Positions 10,884 through 20,760 of a DNA stretch of 64,000 nt are shown here, one piece after another. The DNA comes from Carpediemonas membranifera BICM (lineage: Eukaryota > Protista > Fornicata): contig JAHDYR010000064.1 of assembly GCA_019828565.1 (NCBI GenBank), positions 558,001-622,000 of the forward strand. Direction: 5' to 3'. The notes under the pieces were generated by a model. That model was not told the DNA's origin. It did no database searches and was given only the letters and a program-made list of their open reading frames with translations. A program made the position numbers and the translations under genes. Within the stretch, counting starts at the first letter, position 1. Each line of letters starts with the position of its first letter.

Positions 10884-13800
10884 TCACTGGGCGATGGTTT
10901 CCTCGGGAAGCTCGAGCTGGGCGACCAGCATGGGCCAGTCCTTGGCCCAGTCGTCGTTCCACTCGAACATGGACGCCAGTTGCTCCGTGATGCCGCGGAC
11001 CCCGGAAACGGTGTTGGACGCGAAGGAACGGAGTGCGTTTTCGGAGAACGGGACGATCGCGTCGTACAGGCTCAGCTCTGGCAGCTCTGGCTTGAACTCG
11101 ACGGGGTCCTGGTCGGGGAGCCACGACGGAACCGCCGCGGCCTCCTCGACGGACTGAACCACGGTCTCGGGCAAGGTCATCGGGGCCAGGGCCAGGTTGT
11201 GGCCTTCCTCGACCGGGATCTGGCTGTACAGTGCGGCGACTCGCTGTAACACCGCCCCGAGGTGGCCGAGGCCGGTCGTCGTCGCAACCACGAACTCGGT
11301 CACGACGTCGATCCACAGCTGCGTGACCTTAGCGGTGAAGTCCGTCTGAGAGGCCCGCTCAGCCTCGTCGACCTTCTTGAGCATCGCCTGGCCCGACCGG
11401 ATGCGGAGGCTCGGCCGCAGACTTCCCCTCGCAATGTTACGGGCCTCTCGCCGGTCGTTCACCAACTCGGAAAGCTCAGCAGACCTCCGCTCGACCTGCT
11501 CTGTGTAATTCTCGGTCGCATGGGCGACGACGGCGTCGACGATGGCTCCTACGGCCTGCTGGACGGACGTCAGCACGGGGTCCTGAGCCTCCTGCACCTG
11601 CTCGGCGGTGACCTTGATGCACTCGTCAACACTGGTGTTGAGCGATGCTATCCACGCATCGATGCCGGCCTTGATAGAGTCGGCCCCGGTCACCCCGCCC
11701 AGCTGGTCGTGCACACGGTCATTAAACTGCGCCAACCGACCGGCGACGTCGTCCTTCAGGGACCCGCCAACCGTGGGCACGAGGCTCGCGAGCTTGACGT
11801 GCGGCTGTTCAAGTGCATCGGCGACGGCATCGGCGAGGTCCTGCGCCACCGCGTTGTCTGTCACAGTCCCCGTCCACATCCCCGCCCGCACCCCGGCCTG
11901 CCTCACCGCCCCGAGCGCCGCGATCGCCCGCTCGACCCACCGCACACACTCGGCGGGGGTCGATGGCGCAGCGACGTCGGCGACCTTCGCGGCCATCTCC
12001 TGGGCGTCGTCCGTCGTGCCCCGGATGAGGGCAGACGCAGCCCTGTCGGCCCGCTGCCGGTGTCGCTCGAGGTTGTCCCGGGCCGTGAGCACTGCCGTCC
12101 TCCTCTCAAACCTCTCCTCGAGGGCCTTGGCACTTCCATGCGCTATCCTGAGCACCTCCGCGACCCACGCCGTGGTGGAGATGTCGACGTCGAGCTGCTG
12201 CATGAGCGCGCGCTCCTCGATGCGGTCGCACCCGCTGTTGAGCCCCAGGGGGTCGGACTCCACCGTGAACTCGGCCAGAGTCGTCTTGAGCTGCTTGTGG
12301 TGCGTCTGTATCGTTTTCACCCGCACTGTCGCCCCTGCAACAATCCGGGCCCGCAGCTCTGCCAGCGCCTTCGTCATCGGGCCGGCGATGTGCCTGTTGA
12401 GGTTTCGTACGGCCGCGCCAGCCTCTGGTGCTGTCTTCGCCTTCTTGCACTGCCGCTTGGCCGTCTTGAACGCCTTGACGTAGGCCGCAATGATGACGGG
12501 CAGGTCGGTCCCGGCCCGGGACTTCACGTCGCTCTCCAGCAGCCGCAGAAGCGTCAGGTCCTCAAGCTCCTCGACCGTCTGTCGGCCCCTCGTGTCCCGC
12601 GTGTTGAGTCTGAAGTCGGTCGCCATCTCAGCCGTGATGCGGGCCGTCTGGGCCAGTGCACGCGACACATGGGCCCTTCTGCGGGCGAGGTAGCCTCTAC
12701 TGGCCGCGGGTATGGCCTGGCTGAGTCTGACGCGCTCTGGGACGAGCGTCCTGAGCCTGTGCACGAGCTCGGTGTCGAGGGACGCGTTGACGTGGCTGAC
12801 CATGGCGCGGGCCTGCTGCTTGCGGTCCTCATACTCGGTCTCAAGGGACGAGGCCAGACACCCGAGCAGGCCCATCATCAGCGGGACCAGCTCAAGCTTG
12901 AGGACGTGCAGTCTGATGTGCAGCGGCTGGTTCGTCATCGGCTCGAAGATCAGGATGTCCTCCGGGTTTGACGCCACGCTCTCGGCTACGTCCTCGTCGA
13001 AGTCGTCCAGGCGGGCAGCATACGCCTCCGCGGTAACGCCCATCCGAGCCCTGGTGGCGTCCTCGTTTTCCTCCCGCTCGACGGCGTTGCCCCCGTCGCC
13101 TTCAGCCCCGTCCACGGCACTGTCACCCTCAGGCTGGTCGGCGTCTGTGAGCTTGGGGTCTGTCTCCCATTCAATGTTCGGCGGCGAGGCGGTAAACTGC
13201 GCGAAGAGGTCCTCGACAGTCCTGTACAGCATGAGGTTGACTGCCCCGCCCTGCACGCGGTCGACCGGGTCGCTCATGCGGAGCTCCTCGTCGGTCATCT
13301 CCTCGAACGGCTTGTCGCCATCCTCCTCCCCTTCGTCCGACGCCGGCTTCGACCGGGGGACATGGAAGGGCAGGGACTCGACGACGGCCACCCGGGTCGG
13401 CCGGATGATGCGGGCCGCGCCCTGGGCCATGCACCGCTCGATGTCGGGCAGGAAGCGCCGGCCAAGGTCGGTGATCTCGTCGTAGAAGTCGCGGTGCAGC
13501 TTCTCGAGGTCGTCGAGGAGGGCCCGGCCGCGGCCCTCGAGTCCGTCGACGTCGTCCTCGTCCTTGAGGCTGGCGAACTCGGCCTCGACCAGCTCCAACT
13601 GGGCCTTCAGGGCGCCCTCGTTCTTACGATGCTGGATGCCAGCGGTCGTCACGGCTTCCTGGAAGGCGTGCTCGATATCATCCAGCTCGCAGACCATGGC
13701 GTGGCACTCACGGTCGACGTCCCTGAGGATGGCTTCGAGCAGGTCCGTCGCCCCCTCCGCGTGTGCGAGGTCTGTCTCGGCCGTGCGGAACACGTGGTCC

Positions 13801-14891
13801 CGGATCTGCTCCATGTGACGGCGCCACTCGTTGAACGGCGGGTCGACCATCGTCCGGACCTCCTCGACGACCTTCTCGTCCTCTGTGATGAAACCGACCT
13901 CCGTAATGCGGCTCACCAGCGTCTCCCGCTCCCTTGCCATCTTCCCGACCTCCGTCGCCTCCACACCGGGCGTCTCGGCCGTGCCGATGTCCGCGCGGCA
14001 CAGCTGGACCTCCTTTTTGAGGAGGGCGTGTCTCTCGCGGACCTCCTCGATGACGTCGTTCTGAGGTATGAAGCTCGTGCTCTCCCGCAGCACCGACTCG
14101 AAGTTGCGGAGGATTTCGTTCCTCTTCTCAACGATGTCCTTGGTCTTGCTGGCCATGGCGCTGTACCGGAACGTCAGAGGCGGCGGCCATAGCTGCTCGC
14201 GGCACCGGCACTGGTCCGCGAACGTGTCGACCAGCTGACGGTGCCGGGCCTCCATCCAGCAGTGGTAGATCGTGTCGTACTTCTCGCGGTACTCCTTCTC
14301 GACGGCCTCCTGCTCAACTTTGAGTGTCTGCTCCACCTCCTCGAGGCCGTCCAGTGCCTCCTTCAACGCTGCCTTGGCCTTGTGGACGATGGGTGCAACG
14401 ATATCCCGCTCAATGGGCTCACGCAGCATGTGCGCGATGTCGTCGAGCCTGTTGGCGAGAGACTGCCCTGACTGTTCGAAGTCCTGGATGCTGACGGCAA
14501 CAACGTCGCGGAGGGCAGCGACATGCTCGGCCACGCCCATCGCCCGCTCCTCGATCCAGGCCTCCAGGTTGGTCTTGGTGACGGCCATGTCGCCAGGTGA
14601 CAGGAAAGGGAGGGCATCGGGCTGGAGCCGAAGGAATATATCGGCAACGGCCGCTTTGCCCTCCTCGATGTACTCCGCGAAGGACTCGTTCTCCTCCTTA
14701 GACACAGCATGGAAGTGGTCCATGCGCCTTGTGTAGAAGTCGTCGAATTCGACGAGTGCAGCATCATGATCCTTCTTTCGCGTCAACTGCATCTGTTTCA
14801 TCCGCGCAAAGCCCGTGCTGGACTGTTGAATGCGTATATTCCTGCTGAGGTCTTGCGATTCCTCGTCGATGTGCAAGGGCTCTTCGCTCAT
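10884..14891 (-). CDS. CCDC180/CFAP76-like coiled-coil flagellar protein
   Basis: ~1335 aa all-helical protein with acidic central linker; C-terminal 'RGSLRPSLR...EAERASQ' resembles the CCDC180 LRPSLG motif (from memory). Confidence 0.55.
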   Translation of the reverse strand: MSEEPLHIDEESQDLSRNIRIQQSSTGFARMKQMQLTRKKDHDAALVEFDDFYTRRMDHFHAVSKEENESFAEYIEEGKAAVADIFLRLQPDALPFLSPGDMAVTKTNLEAWIEERAMGVAEHVAALRDVVAVSIQDFEQSGQSLANRLDDIAHMLREPIERDIVAPIVHKAKAALKEALDGLEEVEQTLKVEQEAVEKEYREKYDTIYHCWMEARHRQLVDTFADQCRCREQLWPPPLTFRYSAMASKTKDIVEKRNEILRNFESVLRESTSFIPQNDVIEEVRERHALLKKEVQLCRADIGTAETPGVEATEVGKMARERETLVSRITEVGFITEDEKVVEEVRTMVDPPFNEWRRHMEQIRDHVFRTAETDLAHAEGATDLLEAILRDVDRECHAMVCELDDIEHAFQEAVTTAGIQHRKNEGALKAQLELVEAEFASLKDEDDVDGLEGRGRALLDDLEKLHRDFYDEITDLGRRFLPDIERCMAQGAARIIRPTRVAVVESLPFHVPRSKPASDEGEEDGDKPFEEMTDEELRMSDPVDRVQGGAVNLMLYRTVEDLFAQFTASPPNIEWETDPKLTDADQPEGDSAVDGAEGDGGNAVEREENEDATRARMGVTAEAYAARLDDFDEDVAESVASNPEDILIFEPMTNQPLHIRLHVLKLELVPLMMGLLGCLASSLETEYEDRKQQARAMVSHVNASLDTELVHRLRTLVPERVRLSQAIPAASRGYLARRRAHVSRALAQTARITAEMATDFRLNTRDTRGRQTVEELEDLTLLRLLESDVKSRAGTDLPVIIAAYVKAFKTAKRQCKKAKTAPEAGAAVRNLNRHIAGPMTKALAELRARIVAGATVRVKTIQTHHKQLKTTLAEFTVESDPLGLNSGCDRIEERALMQQLDVDISTTAWVAEVLRIAHGSAKALEERFERRTAVLTARDNLERHRQRADRAASALIRGTTDDAQEMAAKVADVAAPSTPAECVRWVERAIAALGAVRQAGVRAGMWTGTVTDNAVAQDLADAVADALEQPHVKLASLVPTVGGSLKDDVAGRLAQFNDRVHDQLGGVTGADSIKAGIDAWIASLNTSVDECIKVTAEQVQEAQDPVLTSVQQAVGAIVDAVVAHATENYTEQVERRSAELSELVNDRREARNIARGSLRPSLRIRSGQAMLKKVDEAERASQTDFTAKVTQLWIDVVTEFVVATTTGLGHLGAVLQRVAALYSQIPVEEGHNLALAPMTLPETVVQSVEEAAAVPSWLPDQDPVEFKPELPELSLYDAIVPFSENALRSFASNTVSGVRGITEQLASMFEWNDDWAKDWPMLVAQLELPEETIAQ

Positions 14892-14943
14892 CCTCAGCTC
14901 CGTGATTTTGAAGCGTCCAGAAGTGGGACAAGATCTGTTCACT

Positions 14944-16164
14944 TTACTCAAGACTCATTCCAGCTGCCTCAACGGCGTCCCGCACCCACTGTGGCGCGCC
15001 CTCGGGGAACTGCTTTGCCATGAAGTCCCGGACGAACGCCTCTAGCCTGTGCTCGACGATCGACTGACGCAGCCCCCGCATCAGCTGGAGCTGGTAGGCC
15101 ACGTTGTGGTATGCGATAAGCTGGCCCGTCAGTGTCTCCGATACGGTGTCGTGGAGGTAGGCGCGCGTGTACGTGCGGCACACGAAGCACCGGCAGCCCT
15201 GCATCACGGGGCGGCTGTCCTCCCGGAACTGGGCAAGACGGAGATTCATCGTGCCCGTCGGCACCAGCGCCGTCCCGAACCGCCCCGTCCGAGTGGGGTA
15301 GACGCAGTCGAACATGTCGGCGCCCAGGCACACGCAAACGACAAGGTCCACGGGGTAGCCCACGCCCATCACATAGCGCGGCTTGCTCGGCGGGAGAACG
15401 TCGCAGCACTGCTTGACTGTCCGCCAAAAGTCGGCCTTGTCCTCACCCCCGGACAGCCCGCCGATGGCGTAGCCGGGGAGCTTGGCATCGCGCTCCATGA
15501 AATGTTTGAGGCTGTACTCCCGCAAGACAGGGTCTGTGCCGCCCTGAATGATGCCGAACAGGTTCTGGTTGGCGGTGTTGGTGTGGGCAGCGATGCATCG
15601 GTCGATCCACCGCACACTACGCTCGGCCGCCAGCTCGAAGCGGGCATGGTCCTTGCATGTCACGGGGACGACATCGTCGAGGGCCATCATGATGTCCGAC
15701 CCGATGGAGTTCTGGATCGCCATGGACTTCTCGGGAGTCAGGAGCAGCTCAGTGCCGTCGACGGGCGACTGGAAATGCACGCCTTCCTCAGTGAACTCGG
15801 CCAGGTCGAGCAGAGAGACCATTTGGAACCCACCACTGTCTGTCAGCAGGTTGCGGGACCACCCTTCCAGCTTGTGGAGTCCGCCAATCTCGTCGAGAAG
15901 GTCGGTACCGGGGCGGAGGTTGATGAAATACGTGTTTGCTAGAATAATAGGCGCGTTGATGGGTTCTTCTTCGAGCTCAGAAGCTGTGAGGCCTTTCACA
16001 GTGCCCTGGGTGCCCACGGGCATGAAGATCGGTGTGTCCACGACACCATGAGGCAGCGTCAGTAGTGAAGCCCGTGACAGGTGATCCTTCGCTATGCATT
16101 GGTATTCAAGCGCCTCAGACTTGCCGTGCGGCAGCTCTTCCGAGGATGTCTGCTCGGTGCTCAT
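14944..16164 (-). CDS. QTRT1: Queuine tRNA-ribosyltransferase catalytic subunit
   Basis: TPIFMPVGTQGTVKG, LTDSGGFQMVSL, AIGGLSGGEDK, DMFDCVYPTR, CxCxxC..H zinc site; start codon uncertain. Confidence 0.96.
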   Translation of the reverse strand: MSTEQTSSEELPHGKSEALEYQCIAKDHLSRASLLTLPHGVVDTPIFMPVGTQGTVKGLTASELEEEPINAPIILANTYFINLRPGTDLLDEIGGLHKLEGWSRNLLTDSGGFQMVSLLDLAEFTEEGVHFQSPVDGTELLLTPEKSMAIQNSIGSDIMMALDDVVPVTCKDHARFELAAERSVRWIDRCIAAHTNTANQNLFGIIQGGTDPVLREYSLKHFMERDAKLPGYAIGGLSGGEDKADFWRTVKQCCDVLPPSKPRYVMGVGYPVDLVVCVCLGADMFDCVYPTRTGRFGTALVPTGTMNLRLAQFREDSRPVMQGCRCFVCRTYTRAYLHDTVSETLTGQLIAYHNVAYQLQLMRGLRQSIVEHRLEAFVRDFMAKQFPEGAPQWVRDAVEAAGMSLE

Positions 16165-16439
16165 CGTCGCTTCAGTCGCAGAGTCAAGCAAGATTAGGCC
16201 GGAGCTGGGCATGGAAGCGCGTGCACTGGTGCTCAGGTAGGGCAGCCAGCCCCGTTTTGTCGGATTTGCATGTTTTGCCGGATTTGCCATGCACTGACGC
16301 TGGGGCTGTCGCCCTGGCCTCTTGGTGGTGACTGAATACGCGACAGAGCTCCAGTGTGGGAAACGAACGGTTTATAACAGAGTAAGGTAAATATCCTGTG
16401 GCCTTCAGCCCCTGTCCGTGGAGGTAGCCGAACAAGCTG

Positions 16440-17749
16440 TCAGTTCGGTGCCGGCCCGGGAGGCGGCACAGGCCTAGCTGGTCTGCGGGGCGGCGCTGCT
16501 GCTGCAGGCGGTGCTGTGGGTGGCAAGGGGGGTTTCGTCACGGTGGCCCGGCCCAAGGACCTGAACGTCCGGCCGAACTGGGGCCGGCCCGCGGCGTCGG
16601 TCAATGGCTCCAGGTTCCGGGGCGGTGTGGGTGTAACAGACAGCCGGGCGGGGGTCCAGAAGCCCGGCGACGACGTCTGCGGGGGCACAGAGGTCGGTCG
16701 GACGATGTTCTCCGTCGTCCGGCTGTTCTCGTCGTTAATCGGTAGACTGACGCCGCCAGTGATAGAGTCGATCGCACGGTGCAGCTTATCGAGCGCCTCG
16801 CGGTACGGGGCTGGGAGTGAGTCGAGACCCGGGGCGACGTGGATAAGGCCCGAGGCCAGTGCCGTGGCGGCTAGTGCAACCAACCCCCGGTTCTCGCCCC
16901 CAAGCACTGCCTGCGCGAGGCTGAACACGGCGGCGTGAGCGGGCGTCGAAGTCGACCTCGCGTCCGACCGGAAGGCGTGGGTGATAGACAGCACGCCCGC
17001 AGCCGTGCCCTGGCGGGTGGAAGTGAGTACGGTGGACTTCGTCGCCGTGGCGGGGATGGTCACAGTGGTGTCGAACGGGAATGCCGCGGCGACCGCCTTG
17101 AACGTGCCCGGCGGGATGGCGTCAGTCGACTCGAATAGCGCGTTTGACCTTCCGTCTGCCCCGATAAGCGCTATTCGGCAGCCCAGATACCCTGGGAGCT
17201 GCGCGACGTGGTAGTTGTAGCCGATGGGCTCAGTCGCCCGCACTATCGCCGCTAGCTTGGGCTGGAACGACAGATAGGGTGAGTCGGGCGTGTCATTACA
17301 GCTGGGATCGATCTCCTGCGTGGCAGAGTGGACGGTGTAGCTGGACATGGACAGATGAAGGTCGGACCGCAGGGCAGAGAGATTTGCCGACAGTGACACG
17401 CGGGTCTCTGTCAGGAATCGGGCGAGTATCATCGCCACTGTCTGTGTGAGGTGCGTGTAATGGGTACGAACAAGCCAGGGGGCAAAGGCCTTGGGGACGG
17501 GCTTCGTGGCGAGGACACAAATAACGTCCTGCTCAAGAATGCAGAAGCAGTCGGTCTTCATAAACTGTAAACATGCGTGGGAACTGAATAAAGGGGCTTA
17601 GGGGTCTCATACGTGTTGAAAAACTGGAGTGTGGTGGAAACGAACATTCCGAGAGCTTCGGAATTGAGCTCGGGCTCGCTGGTACTGTAGTGTACCAGCA
17701 ATTGCCCGGCTTCACTAAATATGAATACGCCGAGCGTTTCTGCCCTCAT
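16440..17749 (-). CDS. Hypothetical protein with longin-like N-terminus and Pro-rich tail; introns 17584-17612 and 17442-17471
   Basis: 29-nt GTATGA..TTATTCAG intron joins two track ORFs (MRAETLGVFIFSEAGQLLVHY...FFNTSHACLQFMKTD); second 30-nt in-frame intron GTTCGT..CTCACACAG. Confidence 0.6.
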
Positions 17750-17913
17750 ACATATGAGTTCCAGGAGGCAACGATTGATAAGAATTTGCAGGATAAGACA
17801 CACCCGTTTCGCGTTACTCGCTGCTCCGCTCCTGGGCTCCAGGCTCGCTCGAGCCGCTGACAGTGTTGGACCGGTGGGACCGGTTACGTAATTCATAATG
17901 CACATGCATAAAG

Positions 17914-18463
17914 TCAGTGCTTGTATACATAAATCGCTGTTATTCACCACATCGGACAGCAACTGGCTCGCCAAAGTCGGCCGGAGTCATTCTCCCTGAA
18001 GGAAGCACGACATGCCCTGGCGATGTCATTGATGAGTTGGATTGGAGAAAGCCTCTACCAGGCCCGAACAGCGAACCACAGACGCCTGCCCAGGACCGCA
18101 CCTTTTCAAAACTCCTTCTTTACTCGCAAAGCCTGCCGGCCTGCGTCTGCCCAAGCAAGGCAAGGGAGCACAGGTGGGCGTCGGTTAGGGGAAATTAAAC
18201 GATGGTTCGGGTTGCAAGTGACTGTTGCACAAATCTGCAACCAAGTCTCCGCTCCCTGGCAGGTTCCCGCTCCGAACGCGACCGAAGTGCCCGAAGTACC
18301 CAGCGGATCGGCGCGAACTATTTTACCTGCCTCCCTGGAGGGGGTCGCGAACGGGGACGCCGATCGGCCTTCCCTTGGTGACATCCTCCCGGAGGAATGG
18401 TTGGCCCCGGCCAGCCGCATCTGATATGCATCAGTGCTTGTATACATACATATATATAAATCG
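17914..18463 (+). repeat. Direct repeat TCAGTGCTTGTATACATA at 17914-17931 and 18431-18448; third copy at 30003-30023
   Basis: 18/18 identity between first two copies, one mismatch in the third. Confidence 0.85.
17959..18418 (-). ncRNA. Candidate ~460-nt structured RNA or SINE-like insertion between direct repeats
   Basis: 5' and 3' ends pair, many internal stems, several UUCG loops, no convincing ORF; contains CCCUAACC. Confidence 0.4.
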
Positions 18464-18499
18464 ATAAGGCACAGGTTTATGTCTAACGCGCCCTAGTCA

Positions 18500-19960
18500 T
18501 CAGCTGGAGGAGTCCAGTTCCCGCTGCCGGGCGCATATATTATGGGCGGCCTCCATGTACGCTGACCTAAGCCCCTCACTGTCCATGCCGCCCGCGGTAG
18601 GGACCACGAGGGGCACCCACAGGACCTGGCTGCCGGGCATCGCAGACAGCAACACGGGGCGGCCGTCGATGTCCTCGCTGACGACGACGGGCCCTTGCGG
18701 CTCTGCCTCGTCCTCGGGCTGTGTCTGGCCGTGGGGCTCCTCGTGGGACTCCTCTGGCTGCTCGTCGTCCTGCTGCTCGTCAATATCCTGCTGCATCATC
18801 GCAGCCCTCGGCTGCCCCCCGCTCTCGGCCGACACGTGGGAGTAGTCCGCCCTACACACGGGACACGCCGCAGACCTGGCTGCCCACGACCGGAGGCACC
18901 CACCGTGCAGGATATGGCCGCACGGGAGTTGGATCGGGGTCGAGTCTCCCATGGCGCCGTGGACGACGGCCTCGTAGCATATGGTGCACGTGGTGTCCTC
19001 CAGGGCCTCCGGGGTCGGGGGAGGGAAGGAGGAGAAGAGGCGCAGGACGCGGCGGAACCGGTCGAACTCGCTGAAGGACCGGAGCAGGCCTGCCGCGACT
19101 GAGTAGAGGCGGGGCGCCGTGAAGTAGAGAACGAAGGGCAGGCTGACACGGGCAAAGCCGCTCCGCTGGATGAGGATCGGCTGGGCGATCAGGAGGACGA
19201 CCTGGGCGGTCAGGGAGAGCGTGGACGTCAGCAGACCGGTGAGGAGCAGGGTCTCGCTGCGGGCGCCCCTCAATCTGAGGATGGCCCAGACGCCGAGGCG
19301 GCAAAGGGACAGAACGAGCACGACGGTCGACCCGAGCGTCTCGATGGCGGCGTACTCGAACATGAGGTCGACCTTGGCCAGAGAGTGGAAGAAGGCCACC
19401 ACACCGAGGGCCATGGCGAAGAAGGTGACGAGATTCAAGGCACAGTGGAGTGCGAACTGGGCGTTCGGCTTAGCCGAGTTGAGGAAGAGGTTGTTCACAC
19501 GGTGCACGGGGATCACCTGGTACGCGAATGTGACGTCCTTCAGGGTCATGGCGAGTGCCAGGGCGAAGGGCTGCGGCATGCGGTACTGGCCGAACAGCAT
19601 GATCGCCTGGTTGTCGACGTAATATTTCAGCAAGGAAGGAATGAAGTGAGAATAGAGGCCCTCTACCCGCTCCGCGGTCTCGATGGGGCCGACGAGAGCC
19701 ATGCAGACGAACTCGTACACGATCTCCACAAAGCACGCTAGCACGACTGGAAGCAGTGTGGGCGTGATGGCGTCCTCTTCAACCAGGTACTTACAGACCA
19801 TGAACGCCGCTGATGGCTGCCCGCTGTGGTGTCTGTAAGCCTTGACAGCAATCAGAGCGATGTACCCGCAGCTGGACAATAGGATCGCAAGCATCCATGC
19901 ACTTGTTCGCCAGCTTTCCCGGAGCCCAAACAGCGAGCTGAGACGTCTCACTGTGAGCAT
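18500..19960 (-). CDS. Multipass RING-H2 E3 ubiquitin ligase, Hrd1/synoviolin-like
   Basis: Several TM helices then CTICYE...LPCGHILHGGCLRSWAARSAACPVCR. Confidence 0.85.
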   Translation of the reverse strand: MLTVRRLSSLFGLRESWRTSAWMLAILLSSCGYIALIAVKAYRHHSGQPSAAFMVCKYLVEEDAITPTLLPVVLACFVEIVYEFVCMALVGPIETAERVEGLYSHFIPSLLKYYVDNQAIMLFGQYRMPQPFALALAMTLKDVTFAYQVIPVHRVNNLFLNSAKPNAQFALHCALNLVTFFAMALGVVAFFHSLAKVDLMFEYAAIETLGSTVVLVLSLCRLGVWAILRLRGARSETLLLTGLLTSTLSLTAQVVLLIAQPILIQRSGFARVSLPFVLYFTAPRLYSVAAGLLRSFSEFDRFRRVLRLFSSFPPPTPEALEDTTCTICYEAVVHGAMGDSTPIQLPCGHILHGGCLRSWAARSAACPVCRADYSHVSAESGGQPRAAMMQQDIDEQQDDEQPEESHEEPHGQTQPEDEAEPQGPVVVSEDIDGRPVLLSAMPGSQVLWVPLVVPTAGGMDSEGLRSAYMEAAHNICARQRELDSSS

Positions 19961-20418
19961 CAATTTGCCTCCTGTTTTGTCGTGTGCAGTTTTGCCACGG
20001 CCTCACGCCTTCGGGTCAGAAGCTGTCCCTAACCGGCTGTCGGTTGTGCCATGGTTCAGCTGGTGTCCTTTGCCTGGTCACGCTGCATGCCATCATTGTT
20101 CGATCCGGCACATCAAGTCCATCCTTCTTCTGACGTAGACGTGGCTGCAGCCGGCCTTGGTCATCAGCCGGCATGTTTGGCAGACCGTATAGGGGGACGT
20201 CTAAATCACGCCAATCGGATGCAGGCGGCAAATAGGTCGCACAATGCCACCATCGTGTACCATCGTGTACCATCGTGTTGGACTTATGGCAGGAATGGCC
20301 TGGAATGGCACGACGGCAGACCTTTGGCGGCAATGACCCAAGTTTTCTCCCTCACCAGTAACTGCAGACAGACAAAAAAGGAAAAGGTACCGGTTTAGTG
20401 CATGCATAATCGTTCAAC

Positions 20419-20599
20419 TTAGAATCCCATCTTCTTTCCGAGCTTAGCGCCCTTGTTGGCCAGCTTGGCGGCCTTGTACTGGATAAAAAGGTATATATGA
20501 ACTACAAACTGCCTTCTTGCCGTCCTTGATTGAACCATTCTTGAGGGTGATCTTAATCACCTTCACAGCGATCTTAATCTTCATGGCAGTCATGCCCAT
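20419..20599 (-). CDS. 49-aa lysine-rich microprotein; intron 20479-20509
   Basis: MGMTAMKIKIAVKVIKITLKNGSIKDGKKA/YKAAKLANKGAKLGKKMGF*; canonical 31-nt GTTTGT..TTATCCAG intron; all Lys codons AAG. Confidence 0.75.
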
Positions 20600-20760
20600 T
20601 GTGGATATTTGCGTGGTTGTATCGTCTCGACTTCAGCGGAGTCGATGCCTGCGCCTGAGTAAGCCAAAGATAGAAGGATCGCGTTGACCCGTGCAGTGTG
20701 AGCTTTCAAGACATGATGGAAAGCCGTCTCTCCGCATTGCACCGCCTGACATGACCGACA

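Noticed and set aside
7542-12971. Long plus-strand ORFs (7542-9383, 11262-12971) and similar antisense ORFs elsewhere, e.g. 43-747
   Set aside because: Shadow ORFs of GC3-rich minus-strand genes; no family motifs.
14891-14951. Overlap of QTRT1 stop with ORF 10884-14951
   Set aside because: Artefact of a non-ATG start call; the first ATG at 14891 removes the overlap.
20249-20279. (ACCATCGTGT)x3 tandem repeat and ORF 20016-20333
   Set aside because: Short slippage repeat without spacers, so not CRISPR-like; the ORF has no ATG start or coding bias.
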